From: a virus | IMG/VR virus record: IMGVR_UViG_3300009509_000015 | Span: 11,361 to 75,360 of that record | Direction: 5' to 3' (one strand) | DNA length: 64,000 nucleotides | Shown: positions 35,883 to 46,570 of the stretch, one piece after another | Numbering within the stretch: position 1 is the first letter of the stretch | How the letters are laid out: each line of letters starts with the position of its first letter | Program-made: the position numbers and the translations under genes | The notes under the pieces: generated by a model | What the model saw: only the letters and a program-made list of their open reading frames with translations | Database searches by the model: none | What the model was told of the DNA's origin: nothing

Positions 35883-38800
35883 TTATGCTCCTAAATATCG
35901 GTATCCTAATGAGGTGTCTTCCTCAATTGCTTTCTTAACTTCTTCAACTATGGTATTAATATCATCATCATCTCTTACTACAGGGTCATTAATATTTATA
36001 TTAATAGTCTTTACAGCACTCTCTGGTGCAGCAAAAGGAACACCACCATAAGTAACGGCAGGATAATTTTGACGTGCTAAGGCATCAAGTAAAGCTAGTC
36101 TATTAGTTCCACCAACAAATGAAATATCATCCATACCAGCTTTGATACCCATTGCTAAACTTAAAGAAACGTTTTCTCCCATCTCAATAAATATCTTAGA
36201 TGGAGAATGAAAGTCTAAAGCATCTTTAAGCTTCTTAATAATTTTTTTTGCAAGATCAGAAACATAGTCCATAATTCTATTAGCCATAGACTTGATACCG
36301 TCTAGCAAGGATTCCATTACACTAGCACCAGCAGCTTTTAGTTGTCCACCAATACCTTTGACTTTTGCTACCACATTCTGCATTGAAGATTGAACTGTAC
36401 TTACTATAGCATTTAGTACTGATGTAAATATTACTTTTATTGCTGACCAAATCATATTAAAGTACGCTTTGACTTGATTCCATGTTCCAGTTATATTTGA
36501 TTTAATAGCATTAAACTTAGCTACTAAGAATGAAGCTATAGCAGTAGCTATACCCATGATAGTAGACTTTATTAAATTCCACACACCAACTACTATAACT
36601 TTAGCTGCGTTCCACACAACAGTAAATATAGTTTTAATCCTATTTAATGCTGATAGAATTGCATTACTAATACCAGATAATGCAGTAGAAATAACTCCTA
36701 ATATTGCTGACCATACAGCGCCTGCTGCTGCTTGAAGTGCTCCCCATATAGCAGCCCAAGCTCCAATAAGCATTTGTATCCAACCCATAACCCAAGTTAA
36801 TATCTGTGTTAGCATAGTTGTAAACCACGACAACATAGCATTAAGCATATCTGGAATAATACTACCACCAACAAGAGCTTGGAATAAGTTTATAAAGTAC
36901 TGTATGATTGTTTCAACAAAGTGAATTACCCAACCAATTATAGCTTGGAACATAAAGGTGAAAATGGCAACTATCTTTTCTTTAAGTGAGGTACTAGAGT
37001 TTCCTAATACCTCTACCATGACTGTCCACTGTTCGGCTAGCCACATAATTGTTTCAATAAATGATGTAACTAAACCAACAACTACGTTAATAATACCAAT
37101 AAGTAATGCAAAACCAGCAGTTAGACTAACTTTAGCCCATACTTTTACAATCTCTCCTATACCAGTAGCGATAAACCCAAAATATTGCCCCAATGTTTCT
37201 AGTATTGGTTGTAGTGCACCACCTTCACCACTTATTCTAGCCCAGGCTTCACTAAGAGAATCAAACGCTGGTTGCAGTGTACCAGTAATTGCCTCTTTTA
37301 TAGCCTCAAAGTTTTTACCAAAAATTTCTCCCATTGATTGTATTAATGGTTGAAACTCTTCCCAAGTTGATTTAACACCTTCCCATACACTGCCTAAGAA
37401 AGCCCATGCTTCAGCTACACCAGCAGGAACTTCTATTCCTTCAGTTGAAAATCCAGTAAGTGTGTTTACAGCAGAATCCCATATACCTTTAATGGTTTCC
37501 CATGTTCCTTTAACGGTAGTAAAGGCACTATTTATTTGTAATCCCCAGTCATATGCTTTAGCAAGTAGTGCTACGTCTTCATCGGCAACACCAAACAATT
37601 CTTGGAGATCACCACCTATTTTTTCTCCCCTTATTCCAGCTAAGAAGGCATCCCATATACCTTCCTTTGATTTTATCTTAGCTTCAAACTCAATAATAGG
37701 AGTACCCAATTCATCAAGCATTTCTTGAACATCAGGAAGATCACCGAACATTCCTCCAGCCTCAATTTCAGGAAAGCCTCCACCTATATCTCCAATAGCT
37801 CCAGCCAGAGCTTTAATAGAATCTATTAGTCTAGCTTGAATGTCATCCTGTTCTTGCATAGCCTCGATCATAGCTCTTTGAAGTTCTAGCTGTTCTTCAA
37901 TTTGGTTCTTTTGTTTCTCTAGTTCTTTTTCTTCGTCAGCAATTTTCTTTAGTTCTTTATCACGTTCTTTAGCTGCCTGCCTTATTGCTTTAACTCTTTC
38001 TGCTGGACTTCCACCACCAGAAGCTATATCATCTATAGTATCAGCAAAGTTTTCTTGTGTTTGTGCACGTCTTTCTTCTAATTTAGCTAATTCCTCATTA
38101 ATCTTCATGTACTCAAGTTCTAACTTAATTAATGTCTTTACTTCATCTGCTGCTTCTCCTAAATTTTTAACAACGTCATTAAGTACGTCCTCAGCAATCT
38201 TACCCGTATCCCTAAATATAGAAAGAAGTTTAGCTAAATCTTGGCGTGCCTGTAGCAAATTCTTAAACTGAGCTTTCTCTCCCATCAACTTACTAAGGGA
38301 TAGGTTCTTAAATATATTTTGAATAACATTTGATACACGCTTTAATATATCAAAATCTGCCTTCATCATTCCGCTAAAGAAAGTATCAATTAAGGTTTTA
38401 CCCCACTCATCAATATGAGATAGGGGGCCTACTTTAGGTGGTGAGTGCCCTTCAAAGAAACTTGCAATTAAGTTGGCAACCCACTGTATAGCAGCAACAA
38501 TATATCTTATTGCTCCAGCAACAAAACCATTAGCTATGTTTGCAGCTAGGTTTTCTCCCCAAGCCTTTGCTTTGTTCCCCAACTGCCTAAAATAATCTGC
38601 AATATCTACTCCAGCACTTGATATTACTTTAAGCAATAAAATAAATCCACCAACAACAGCAGCAACAAGTAGTATAACCCACCCATTAGCAGCAGCTAGT
38701 GCACTACCAAGTAAACTTAAACCTTTTATAGTCCAGAAAATACCTTGAGCAGCTTTCATAATACCTAGCAAGAACATAGAGAAACCAAAAGTTACCTGTG

Positions 38801-40178
38801 ATACCATAAACAAAACAGGGCCTAATGCGACAGCAAAGGCTAACGCAGCAACAATTATAAGTTTAGTTCTATCATCTAGTTGCTTGAAATAGTCAGACAG
38901 TTTTCTTATTCCTGGGATCAATAGTTGAATAGCATTGTTAACTGCGGGTAATAAACTATTAGCAAATGATAAACCTACATCATTTACATTGTTCTTTAAA
39001 ATCTGCATTTGAGAACTTGCAGATTCAAGCTGCCTATTGTACTCTTCAATTAATGATCCAGCTTCTTCCCACTCCATTCTGGCTTCTTTAATAGCGTCTT
39101 TAAGAGTGCTTTCACCACTTGCTAAAGCACCTAGAGCACGACCACCACGTATACCAACCAATTCAAATGATTCAGCAAGAGCCTTTGCTCTGTTATCTTC
39201 TGCCTCCATCATTGTTATTAAATCACCAAGAACCGATACAGCATCCTCATTAATAGCATTTAACACATCCTGTTCTGTGGCATACTGTTCTGTATTTGAT
39301 GCAAGTACAGCAAATTTGTCTGCGTTCTGTGTCATCTTAATGTACATAGTACCAAGACGAGTACCAGCAGAGTCAGCAGATACACCAAGAGAGATTAGTG
39401 CAGCAGATAAAGCAGCAGCATCAGCAGCGTGTATACCTAACTGGTTAGCAACTGGAGCAAATCTAAATAAAGCATCAGCAATTTCACCAGCAGTAGCAGC
39501 CGTTCGGTTTTCTAGAATGTTCATTACGTTAGCTAATCTAGCTACTTGATCTACACTTTCGTTAATGTTCCAACCAAATGCAGCAGAAATCTTACCCATT
39601 GTATTAACGACTTCATCACCAGAAATGTTGGTAGATGTTGCCATTATTTCCATCCAACGAATAAATTCAATAATTCCCTTTGGGTCTCTAACGCCTAACT
39701 GTCCTGCTTGTTCAGCCATAGCAAGTAAGTCTGCTGTAGCGGTAGGCGCACTAAGAGAAATGTCTCTAATTGCTTGCCCAAGGTCGTCAAGTTGTTTACC
39801 TGATATTTCGGTAGTCTTTCCTACCCTGATCAAGCCATCCTGAAAGCCCATAACATTTGTGCTGGCTTGTCTTAAAAATCCTAGTAATGGAATAGTTACA
39901 AAGAATGTCATTGCCCTACCAGCACTCATCATACCTTGAGTCATTAAACGGAAACCGTCAACAAGACCTCGTACACCCATCCCAAGGGTTTTAATAACAT
40001 TCATAAAACCAGACCAACTACTAGCTGAGCTAGTAGCAGCAGTTTTATTTGCTTTTCCCATACCCTTTACGGTTGTATTAAGTTTGTTGACGGTATCATT
40101 AAGACTATTTACTGCGCTAAGCGCTTTAGAGGCATCTCCACCAAATATTAATACCGCATTTAATTGTTTATTTGCCAC
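35883..40178 (-). CDS. tail tape measure protein
   Basis: 1431 aa; TP901-type core, W-periodic repeats, HSPSK motif. Confidence 0.92.
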   Translation of the reverse strand: MANKQLNAVLIFGGDASKALSAVNSLNDTVNKLNTTVKGMGKANKTAATSSASSWSGFMNVIKTLGMGVRGLVDGFRLMTQGMMSAGRAMTFFVTIPLLGFLRQASTNVMGFQDGLIRVGKTTEISGKQLDDLGQAIRDISLSAPTATADLLAMAEQAGQLGVRDPKGIIEFIRWMEIMATSTNISGDEVVNTMGKISAAFGWNINESVDQVARLANVMNILENRTAATAGEIADALFRFAPVANQLGIHAADAAALSAALISLGVSADSAGTRLGTMYIKMTQNADKFAVLASNTEQYATEQDVLNAINEDAVSVLGDLITMMEAEDNRAKALAESFELVGIRGGRALGALASGESTLKDAIKEARMEWEEAGSLIEEYNRQLESASSQMQILKNNVNDVGLSFANSLLPAVNNAIQLLIPGIRKLSDYFKQLDDRTKLIIVAALAFAVALGPVLFMVSQVTFGFSMFLLGIMKAAQGIFWTIKGLSLLGSALAAANGWVILLVAAVVGGFILLLKVISSAGVDIADYFRQLGNKAKAWGENLAANIANGFVAGAIRYIVAAIQWVANLIASFFEGHSPPKVGPLSHIDEWGKTLIDTFFSGMMKADFDILKRVSNVIQNIFKNLSLSKLMGEKAQFKNLLQARQDLAKLLSIFRDTGKIAEDVLNDVVKNLGEAADEVKTLIKLELEYMKINEELAKLEERRAQTQENFADTIDDIASGGGSPAERVKAIRQAAKERDKELKKIADEEKELEKQKNQIEEQLELQRAMIEAMQEQDDIQARLIDSIKALAGAIGDIGGGFPEIEAGGMFGDLPDVQEMLDELGTPIIEFEAKIKSKEGIWDAFLAGIRGEKIGGDLQELFGVADEDVALLAKAYDWGLQINSAFTTVKGTWETIKGIWDSAVNTLTGFSTEGIEVPAGVAEAWAFLGSVWEGVKSTWEEFQPLIQSMGEIFGKNFEAIKEAITGTLQPAFDSLSEAWARISGEGGALQPILETLGQYFGFIATGIGEIVKVWAKVSLTAGFALLIGIINVVVGLVTSFIETIMWLAEQWTVMVEVLGNSSTSLKEKIVAIFTFMFQAIIGWVIHFVETIIQYFINLFQALVGGSIIPDMLNAMLSWFTTMLTQILTWVMGWIQMLIGAWAAIWGALQAAAGAVWSAILGVISTALSGISNAILSALNRIKTIFTVVWNAAKVIVVGVWNLIKSTIMGIATAIASFLVAKFNAIKSNITGTWNQVKAYFNMIWSAIKVIFTSVLNAIVSTVQSSMQNVVAKVKGIGGQLKAAGASVMESLLDGIKSMANRIMDYVSDLAKKIIKKLKDALDFHSPSKIFIEMGENVSLSLAMGIKAGMDDISFVGGTNRLALLDALARQNYPAVTYGGVPFAAPESAVKTINININDPVVRDDDDINTIVEEVKKAIEEDTSLGYRYLGA

Positions 40179-40189
40179 AGTTAACTCCG

Positions 40190-40612
40190 TTATCCTTTAC
40201 CAGCTATTTTAGCACCCTTAAACAAAGGATTTAGTGCACTGTCTCCAGAGTCTATTTGAACAACAACCTCTCCAGGCTTTAACCCACGAGCTTTTGCTGC
40301 TTCTATTCTAGACTGCATAGTACTCTTCCAAGGAGTTAGACTGTCCAACGCTTTATGAACACTCTCTGAATAACGCTTTAAGGAGTCAGCTTCTTTCTTT
40401 GACATAGGACTCCTATGTAACGGGGCTAACATAGCTAGTGTTTTATACTCCCGTTGTTCACCTTCCATAACAAACTTGTAGGTTTCCAACAACCACTCAG
40501 CACCCCATAATTCAACTTGGTCTAGTATTTGTTCGTCAGTCCATCCGTATGCTCTACGAATTTCGTGCAGAATAGCACCGTGCTTTTCTCTTAGTTTTGA
40601 GTGGAGAAAAAA
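40190..40612 (-). CDS. tail assembly chaperone -1 frameshift extension (gpT-like)
   Basis: T TTT TTC slippery site at 40606-40612 in the upstream TAC; -1 frame stays open to 40190. Confidence 0.75.
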   Translation of the reverse strand, partial: FFLHSKLREKHGAILHEIRRAYGWTDEQILDQVELWGAEWLLETYKFVMEGEQREYKTLAMLAPLHRSPMSKKEADSLKRYSESVHKALDSLTPWKSTMQSRIEAAKARGLKPGEVVVQIDSGDSALNPLFKGAKIAGKG

Positions 40613-40956
40613 CGGTTTACTAAGTTCCTTAGTCCAGGCTGTTCTTCCCAAATAATTAAAATGGAATCAACCAGTATACCAATGTCGAACTCTTGTTCTG
40701 CAACTCTTTTTGAACAGCCTATTACTAAAACAAAAAGTTGTATTAAGGCATCAGTAGAAAGATTATTTAAGACTGCCTTAAACAACTCAGTATTAGTTGT
40801 ATCGTCATCCCCACCAGATAGTTCTTCAAAGATAGGAAGACCGTAAGTTGCTAACCACTTTGATAAGTTAGTTACTTGCTCAGCTTGTGCTAAACCTTTC
40901 TTAATAAGCTCATACTCTTTATCACCAACAACTACAATATGCTTTTGTTCAGACAT
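40591..40956 (-). CDS. tail assembly chaperone (gpG-like)
   Basis: Between major tail and tape measure genes; GGAG SD before ATG 40956. Confidence 0.75.
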   Translation of the reverse strand: MSEQKHIVVVGDKEYELIKKGLAQAEQVTNLSKWLATYGLPIFEELSGGDDDTTNTELFKAVLNNLSTDALIQLFVLVIGCSKRVAEQEFDIGILVDSILIIWEEQPGLRNLVNRFFSTQN

Positions 40957-41048
40957 TTTTCTCACTCCTAAAGTATATAAATATGCCAAGACAGCCTAGT
41001 GGACAGTCTTGGCTTTTAGTATTATTTATCTGTATTAATCAAGCACTA

Positions 41049-41468
41049 TTATGGAGCAGTTCTTGATAGAGCACCGTTGCCTTCGAAGTCAACAGATAGT
41101 GTTGCGAAGTCGTCGGTAGTAGTGCCATGATCAACAGATGTTAAAACTGCTTGACCTTCCCAATAACGAGTCAAATCATTTCGTGTGTCATAGAAGCGAA
41201 GCAAAAGAATTTCACCTGCAACAACTGAATCAAAGATATAGTCATTGGCTGTGTCAAGGTAGCCTGATAATGATCCAGACCAACTCATCCATGTTCTTGC
41301 CTTCTCTACCCAAGCATCTGAAATGCTGGCTACGAAAGGCTTATGCTCTGCAACATCAACACTAACATTGATCGAAAACTCGTTACGTTCCGTGAACGCT
41401 GTCCATGAAGGTGTTAGCAAATCCGTAGAATAATCTACTCGTGCGTCAATTCCAACTATTGCACTCAT
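41049..41468 (-). CDS. major tail tube protein
   Basis: SWSGSLSG...YWEGQAVLTS......D.ATLSVDFEGNGAL, TP901-like tube pattern. Confidence 0.85.
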   Translation of the reverse strand: MSAIVGIDARVDYSTDLLTPSWTAFTERNEFSINVSVDVAEHKPFVASISDAWVEKARTWMSWSGSLSGYLDTANDYIFDSVVAGEILLLRFYDTRNDLTRYWEGQAVLTSVDHGTTTDDFATLSVDFEGNGALSRTAP

Positions 41469-41554
41469 TTTAAGTTCCTCCTAAATATGTATATGCACCT
41501 CCTGTATCTCACACTCGTAGGAGAAGTCTCATCTTTTCTAAATCTCTCTTAATT

Positions 41555-41584
41555 CTACAATTGACTTGTACAATGTTTTGCTAA
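41555..41584 (-). promoter_or_regulatory. putative late promoter
   Basis: TTAGCA-N17-ATTGTAG. Confidence 0.6.
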
Positions 41585-42042
41585 ATTTTCTCCCAAAACT
41601 CCATAGTAGCAGTGAAAGACATGAAAGGAAAATCATTTATTAGCACCTCTTCTGGAGGCCCATCAATGTTTTGTATTTCTGCAAACACTACCGTATCACC
41701 AAGTCTTGGATCATCATCCAGCAAACCTTTAACAACATCGGCAAACTCTCTAATATCTGTTTCTATTTGAACAGAGTCTCCCAGGTACTTTACAAAAAAT
41801 ATAAAACCTAAACGCCATTTCCAAATTCTTCCTTTACCGCCAGCACTTCCGAACGGCTCTTCTGGAGGCCTAGCACCACCACCAAATACATAGAGAACCC
41901 CATTCTTCTCACCATCTGGAGGCCCTATTACCCTTATTAAACTATCTATGTCATTAGTGCAAGCTTCCTCTTTAAATTCAAGAGCAGTGTTTGCAACAAA
42001 CTTCTCAGTTATTTTAGCCTCAACGTCTTCATATAAACTCAT
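41581..42042 (-). CDS. tail terminator/completion protein
   Basis: Synteny; DPRLGDTV motif. Confidence 0.6.
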   Translation of the reverse strand: MSLYEDVEAKITEKFVANTALEFKEEACTNDIDSLIRVIGPPDGEKNGVLYVFGGGARPPEEPFGSAGGKGRIWKWRLGFIFFVKYLGDSVQIETDIREFADVVKGLLDDDPRLGDTVVFAEIQNIDGPPEEVLINDFPFMSFTATMEFWEKI

Positions 42043-42051
42043 TAATAACTC

Positions 42052-42780
42052 CTAGAATGTTCTGTTTGCTTTACCCATAACTGTACTTGCAACAACTTTA
42101 CTACCCTTACCATGTTTACCAGTACGTAAGTAAGCAACAAATGAGGGCCATCTTGTTAACCCTAGATCATATGTTACTTCTTTGGCAGCTTCCTTTAACA
42201 TACCACGCTGCTGTACCATATACGCAACATAATCAAATCTTTTCTGCCCCTTTGGATACAGTCTCTTGTGATCCACAGATGTACCTTTTCTAGCTATTCC
42301 TCCAGAAATTCTCCAAGCAAGTTCTTCAACAGGATTAGCTGCACGGTTCATACTAGTTCCTGTTTGCACTATAGTTTGTATAGCGTTACCAAATCTCGAT
42401 AAGCCTTTTTGATAAATCCATGCTTTAATAGTTTGTACTGGTGGTCTTTTCTGTTTCTTTCCACCAAGCCTCATAATAGCATTGGCATTAGTTACATCGC
42501 CTTCATATATAGCATATGAAGCATCTGACAGTGAACCAACACCTTTAACTTTTGCAACAAATAAGTTTCTTGATGATTTTCCAGAAGCAGCTACTTGCGA
42601 CCAGCCCGACCAGCTAAGTTCCTCAGTCAACTTCCTATGTGAATAAGCAGCCATAAGAGCAACAGCAGGAGATACCAGCGTGTTGTTCATTGCCTCCGAG
42701 AAATCCCACTGACCTACCATAGTCTTCATTCCAGAAACATCCAACTTTACATCTAACTCTACATTTGAAAAACTTGGCAT
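42052..42780 (-). CDS. neck/tail completion protein
   Basis: PP...IKAWI..KG...LAW.I...IARKGT pattern; synteny. Confidence 0.6.
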   Translation of the reverse strand: MPSFSNVELDVKLDVSGMKTMVGQWDFSEAMNNTLVSPAVALMAAYSHRKLTEELSWSGWSQVAASGKSSRNLFVAKVKGVGSLSDASYAIYEGDVTNANAIMRLGGKKQKRPPVQTIKAWIYQKGLSRFGNAIQTIVQTGTSMNRAANPVEELAWRISGGIARKGTSVDHKRLYPKGQKRFDYVAYMVQQRGMLKEAAKEVTYDLGLTRWPSFVAYLRTGKHGKGSKVVASTVMGKANRTF

Positions 42781-43355
42781 TATAATCTAACCCTTACTTT
42801 TTCTCTGCGTAGGAAACCCTTCATAATAGCTCTAAGGTGCGTAACAAGACCAACGTTTATATTAGGGCTTACCTGCCCCTCTTCTGGAACTGCACTAGCA
42901 AACTTTACAGATGAGTCTGATCCCAACCTACCACGATAGTTAATTATGGCTATGATCATAGCGATAGCAGCAAACCTAACATTAGGATCATCGCTAGTTC
43001 CTGGCGTACCAGAAACATAAGTAATCTTTACGTTAGCTCTACCCTCTTTAATTGTACGTGATATAAGCTGGATTGAATGAGTGTAAACAATGTAGTCTGC
43101 TGAAGTTAGTAGAGCACCATCAACAGTAACACTAGTTACTGAACTGATAGGGGGTTTCTTAACTGTAATAATATCTGTTCCTTCCACGCCATTGTGATAC
43201 TCATCTGTTACAGTTGTTGCAATTCCTAGATAAGGAGTGCCTTTATATGTTCTGATAAGCCCCTCAACAAGTTCACTCCATGTATCATCAAGATTAGCTT
43301 CATCTATCGGATACAGTGACGTTACATCTTCTTTTGTACATAGTGTCCAAGCCAT
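42780..43355 (-). CDS. head-tail adaptor
   Basis: PISSVTSVTVDG...DY...NVKITYVSG; follows capsid gene. Confidence 0.7.
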   Translation of the reverse strand: MAWTLCTKEDVTSLYPIDEANLDDTWSELVEGLIRTYKGTPYLGIATTVTDEYHNGVEGTDIITVKKPPISSVTSVTVDGALLTSADYIVYTHSIQLISRTIKEGRANVKITYVSGTPGTSDDPNVRFAAIAMIIAIINYRGRLGSDSSVKFASAVPEEGQVSPNINVGLVTHLRAIMKGFLRREKVRVRL

Positions 43356-43390
43356 AGTACACTCCGTTTTGTCTAAGTTTATACTACTAA

Positions 43391-43420
43391 CTACAATCGC
43401 ATACTATGTTAAAAGATAAA
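43391..43420 (-). promoter_or_regulatory. putative late promoter (weak -35)
   Basis: TTTATC-N17-ATTGTAG, next to hairpin GAAGCCC/GGGCTTC. Confidence 0.5.
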
Positions 43421-43481
43421 GAAGCCCCATCCCAAAGAGACAGGGCTTCCATTCTATTCTTATGCGGGTTCAAATTTACGC

Positions 43482-44819
43482 TTATGCTAACTTAGCGTGG
43501 CGAACAAGAGCAAACAAGTTAGGATGTACGAAACGTGATGCAAGGTAACCTTTCATCATATAGTCGTAAGTATCCTTCACACGAGCAAGTTCGACAAAGC
43601 GGAACAATTGATCCTGTGGTCGCCCCATATCGTCAACCAAGCCAAGGATAGCTGCACCCCTGGTGCTGTTGCGGTTTACTAAGAAAATGTTCTGCTCACC
43701 AGTGCTCAAAGGCTTAATGGCAACAGGAGTTCTTGCGCCAGTATCCTTATAAGTTGCTACAGTACCATTTACAGTACCTTCAGCATTGTAGGTTAAAGCA
43801 GGAATAATGTCTAGTAACTGCAAGTTAGCATTACCAGTTGCTAGTCCTCTCCAGATCATGTAGAGAACGGCATTAGCGTCAGCAGTCCAAGAAAGATCAA
43901 TAGCATCAGAACCACCAGTTACGGCTACGTTAGCTTCTGTTCCAGCGATTTCCTCGCCATATACAGACACAGAAGAAATGTTGTAGTAGTACGTATCGGC
44001 AGCTAGAGCACCATTACCACTATCTTCAACAGCAGCCAAGTCAGCAGGACTTGTGCCTACACCAGAAGGTGCAACATAGTCAGACTCCAACATAGGAATG
44101 TCGTCATATGCGTTCATGCGAATCTTACCATCAGCAAGATCAATGCTAGTGATAGGAATTTGGACAGCAGACTGCAAGCCATCAACAACTTGGCGCATAC
44201 GTGTGCTCATAACCCACATCTTTGGGTCGTTGCGAACGCCACGAAATGCAGCAGCTTTAGCAATAGCTTCGTCTAGATCACCAAGAGCAATCTTGTTTCC
44301 ACCAGCGTCAATAACATTACCAACAGCGTTGTTCAACAGAGTTGGGAACAAACCACTGTATTGGTATGCGTCGCCTGTGAATCCCTGATCTGTAGCAGCG
44401 CCCCATAGGAAGCCGTACTCAAGGATATTAGCCATACCCTCAACAGAGCCTTCTAGTTCGGTAGCAAACGCATCAATGAAAGCAGCGTCAACAGCCTGTG
44501 CAAATCCAGTTACAGAACCCCAAATCCTTTGGATTTTGGTCTGTACGGTCTTGCGTGCGTACACGCTGTTCTTAGCGTTAGCAGGAGTTGTTTCACCTTC
44601 GAACCAAGCCTGTGGGTGGCTAGAACGTACATTATACTCGTGGGTCTTTCCACCAGCAGGCTTAATATCAATAAGCTCTGCAAGCGGTTGCAGCTTCAAA
44701 AGTTCCTCGTGTAGCATAGGGTCTAGATCATAAGGATTAAGAGCAGCCCCATCGCCAGCAGAGGTTAAGGCCTTCTGAAGTTGTGTTTCAACGTTTTTCT
44801 TAACGTTAATTTCGGCCAT
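43482..44819 (-). CDS. major capsid protein (HK97 fold) with inserted FN3-like domain
   Basis: Follows protease/scaffold; insertion TYYYNISSV..YGE...IDLSW...YMIWRG. Confidence 0.88.
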   Translation of the reverse strand: MAEINVKKNVETQLQKALTSAGDGAALNPYDLDPMLHEELLKLQPLAELIDIKPAGGKTHEYNVRSSHPQAWFEGETTPANAKNSVYARKTVQTKIQRIWGSVTGFAQAVDAAFIDAFATELEGSVEGMANILEYGFLWGAATDQGFTGDAYQYSGLFPTLLNNAVGNVIDAGGNKIALGDLDEAIAKAAAFRGVRNDPKMWVMSTRMRQVVDGLQSAVQIPITSIDLADGKIRMNAYDDIPMLESDYVAPSGVGTSPADLAAVEDSGNGALAADTYYYNISSVSVYGEEIAGTEANVAVTGGSDAIDLSWTADANAVLYMIWRGLATGNANLQLLDIIPALTYNAEGTVNGTVATYKDTGARTPVAIKPLSTGEQNIFLVNRNSTRGAAILGLVDDMGRPQDQLFRFVELARVKDTYDYMMKGYLASRFVHPNLFALVRHAKLA

Positions 44820-44856
44820 AATAACACCTCGTTATTTAAATTTTTAGTTTAGTTTA

Positions 44857-46236
44857 TTAGCGAGTCTTCATGAAACGCTCAGCAGCCTCACGTAATGACT
44901 TAGGCTCCTCAACAACTTCCACTTCTTCCTCACTATCTACTACTTCCTCTTCTACCTCTAAGGGTTTAACGGCAGACTTTCGGTTTGCAGGCTTTTTAAG
45001 TTCTGCAAGCTCAGTAGTAAGAGCCTCAACTTTTTCAGACAGCGCTTCGATAGTACCTTTCAATTCGTCAACTTCAGAAACATCAGTCTCGTCAACTTCG
45101 TCAACCGTCTGTTCCTCGGCCTGGGGAACCTCTGCGGTAACCTCTAGTGACTTCTTAATGTCCTCTAAAGCTGTAACAATTGCGTTGGCAAAATCTGCAA
45201 AAGCGCCAGCTTCAACAAATTCAGGAGCAGGTTCGTCTTCGTCTTCAACGATAGCTTCGGCTTCGATTTCCTCTTCAGCCTCTTCGTCAATAGACATTTC
45301 CACATCGGCTTCAACCTCTGCGGTTTCATCGACTTCTGCTTCAGCTTCTACCTCAGCCTCAAGGTCTTTATCTTCTTCTTCGATAACCTCTTCAGCTTCA
45401 GCAACAGGCTCCTCAACTTCTAAGTCTTTCTCCTCTTGTGTAACCTCTTCGGTTACCTCTTCTTCTAAGATATTTTCTTGAGTGTCAGGCATAGCATCCT
45501 CCTTGATAATAGACTTACTTTTCTCCGAGCAAGGCTCTTCGCACATACTGTGCGCTATGGCGATTGCTTGATCCTGTGACATTTCTGGATCATCATTCAT
45601 GATCTCAGGAATCTTTCTGGATACACAATCATCAACGGATTCGCCTTCTTGCCTGCACTCTGGAGACTTTTCTATGTCTTGTGTTTGAGTTTTTGGCAGA
45701 CCAAATTTCTTAATAGCAGATACCATACCCATCTCACGTGCTGCCATACGAAAATCATCAGTCATGAGATTATAATCAAGTTTAGCATCATAGTTAGCTG
45801 GATGGTCTACTAATGAAATTTCTGCCAATGAATAATCATTAATGATCCAGCCACCGTTCTCAGTCATTTCAATGTCGTCTAGTGCAATAGCAATGCCGAC
45901 ACTCAATGCACTAAGTAAACCATTTTCTACTTCAAACGCTGCTTGTGGATCAATAACTTTAATTTCTACTTCGTTCCAATCTAATCCGTCACCTTTACCA
46001 ATAGCTGAAACCTTTCCTACTGGTCGAGGCTGGTGCATATACCTGATGTTGCCCCACTGTTTATACTTTGGTATAGCCCTTTCAGTAGCTTCCCTTGTAA
46101 TAACGTCACCAACTTCGTCTATGTTGTCGGAGGTAAATTTCCCTCTAACAATTAAAGGTTCGCCAGGATCACTACTCTTGTAGTGTTTTGTTAGCGGAAC
46201 GCCAATAACCTTGTTTCTTACTGTTCTATCTGACAT
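44857..46236 (-). CDS. prohead protease fused to acidic scaffold
   Basis: DEVGDVI, RYMHQPRPVGK, ALSVG, EISLVDHPAN; E-rich C-terminal half. Confidence 0.88.
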   Translation of the reverse strand: MSDRTVRNKVIGVPLTKHYKSSDPGEPLIVRGKFTSDNIDEVGDVITREATERAIPKYKQWGNIRYMHQPRPVGKVSAIGKGDGLDWNEVEIKVIDPQAAFEVENGLLSALSVGIAIALDDIEMTENGGWIINDYSLAEISLVDHPANYDAKLDYNLMTDDFRMAAREMGMVSAIKKFGLPKTQTQDIEKSPECRQEGESVDDCVSRKIPEIMNDDPEMSQDQAIAIAHSMCEEPCSEKSKSIIKEDAMPDTQENILEEEVTEEVTQEEKDLEVEEPVAEAEEVIEEEDKDLEAEVEAEAEVDETAEVEADVEMSIDEEAEEEIEAEAIVEDEDEPAPEFVEAGAFADFANAIVTALEDIKKSLEVTAEVPQAEEQTVDEVDETDVSEVDELKGTIEALSEKVEALTTELAELKKPANRKSAVKPLEVEEEVVDSEEEVEVVEEPKSLREAAERFMKTR

Positions 46237-46513
46237 GTGTTTTATTTTCCTCTGCTACTGCAAGTAACTTTTTAGCAAAGTGAGGGCCATAAACCTTGGA
46301 CAGTTTTCCATAACCGACTTCTATAATGTCTTTGCACATAAGCGTTTCTGTTCCACCCCTATGTGAGGTTCGTTCAGGCCAATCATCTTGCCATCTATCG
46401 TGTAACTTTGCTGTATCTTCTTCAGATAAAAATCTATCAATAATGGTTCCAGTTCTCGTACCTAAACCACTTACTACATTTAGTCTCTGCCCACTTTTAC
46501 TGGTTGTATACAT
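46226..46513 (-). CDS. hypothetical protein
   Basis: GAGGTG SD before ATG 46513. Confidence 0.55.
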   Translation of the reverse strand: MYTTSKSGQRLNVVSGLGTRTGTIIDRFLSEEDTAKLHDRWQDDWPERTSHRGGTETLMCKDIIEVGYGKLSKVYGPHFAKKLLAVAEENKTHVR

Positions 46514-46529
46514 ATAACACCTCAATAAA

Positions 46530-46559
46530 CTACAATTACATTAATGTGCAAGTTGTCAA
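46530..46559 (-). promoter_or_regulatory. putative late promoter of head operon
   Basis: TTGACA-N17-ATTGTAG. Confidence 0.65.
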
Positions 46560-46570
46560 ATTTACTTGCT

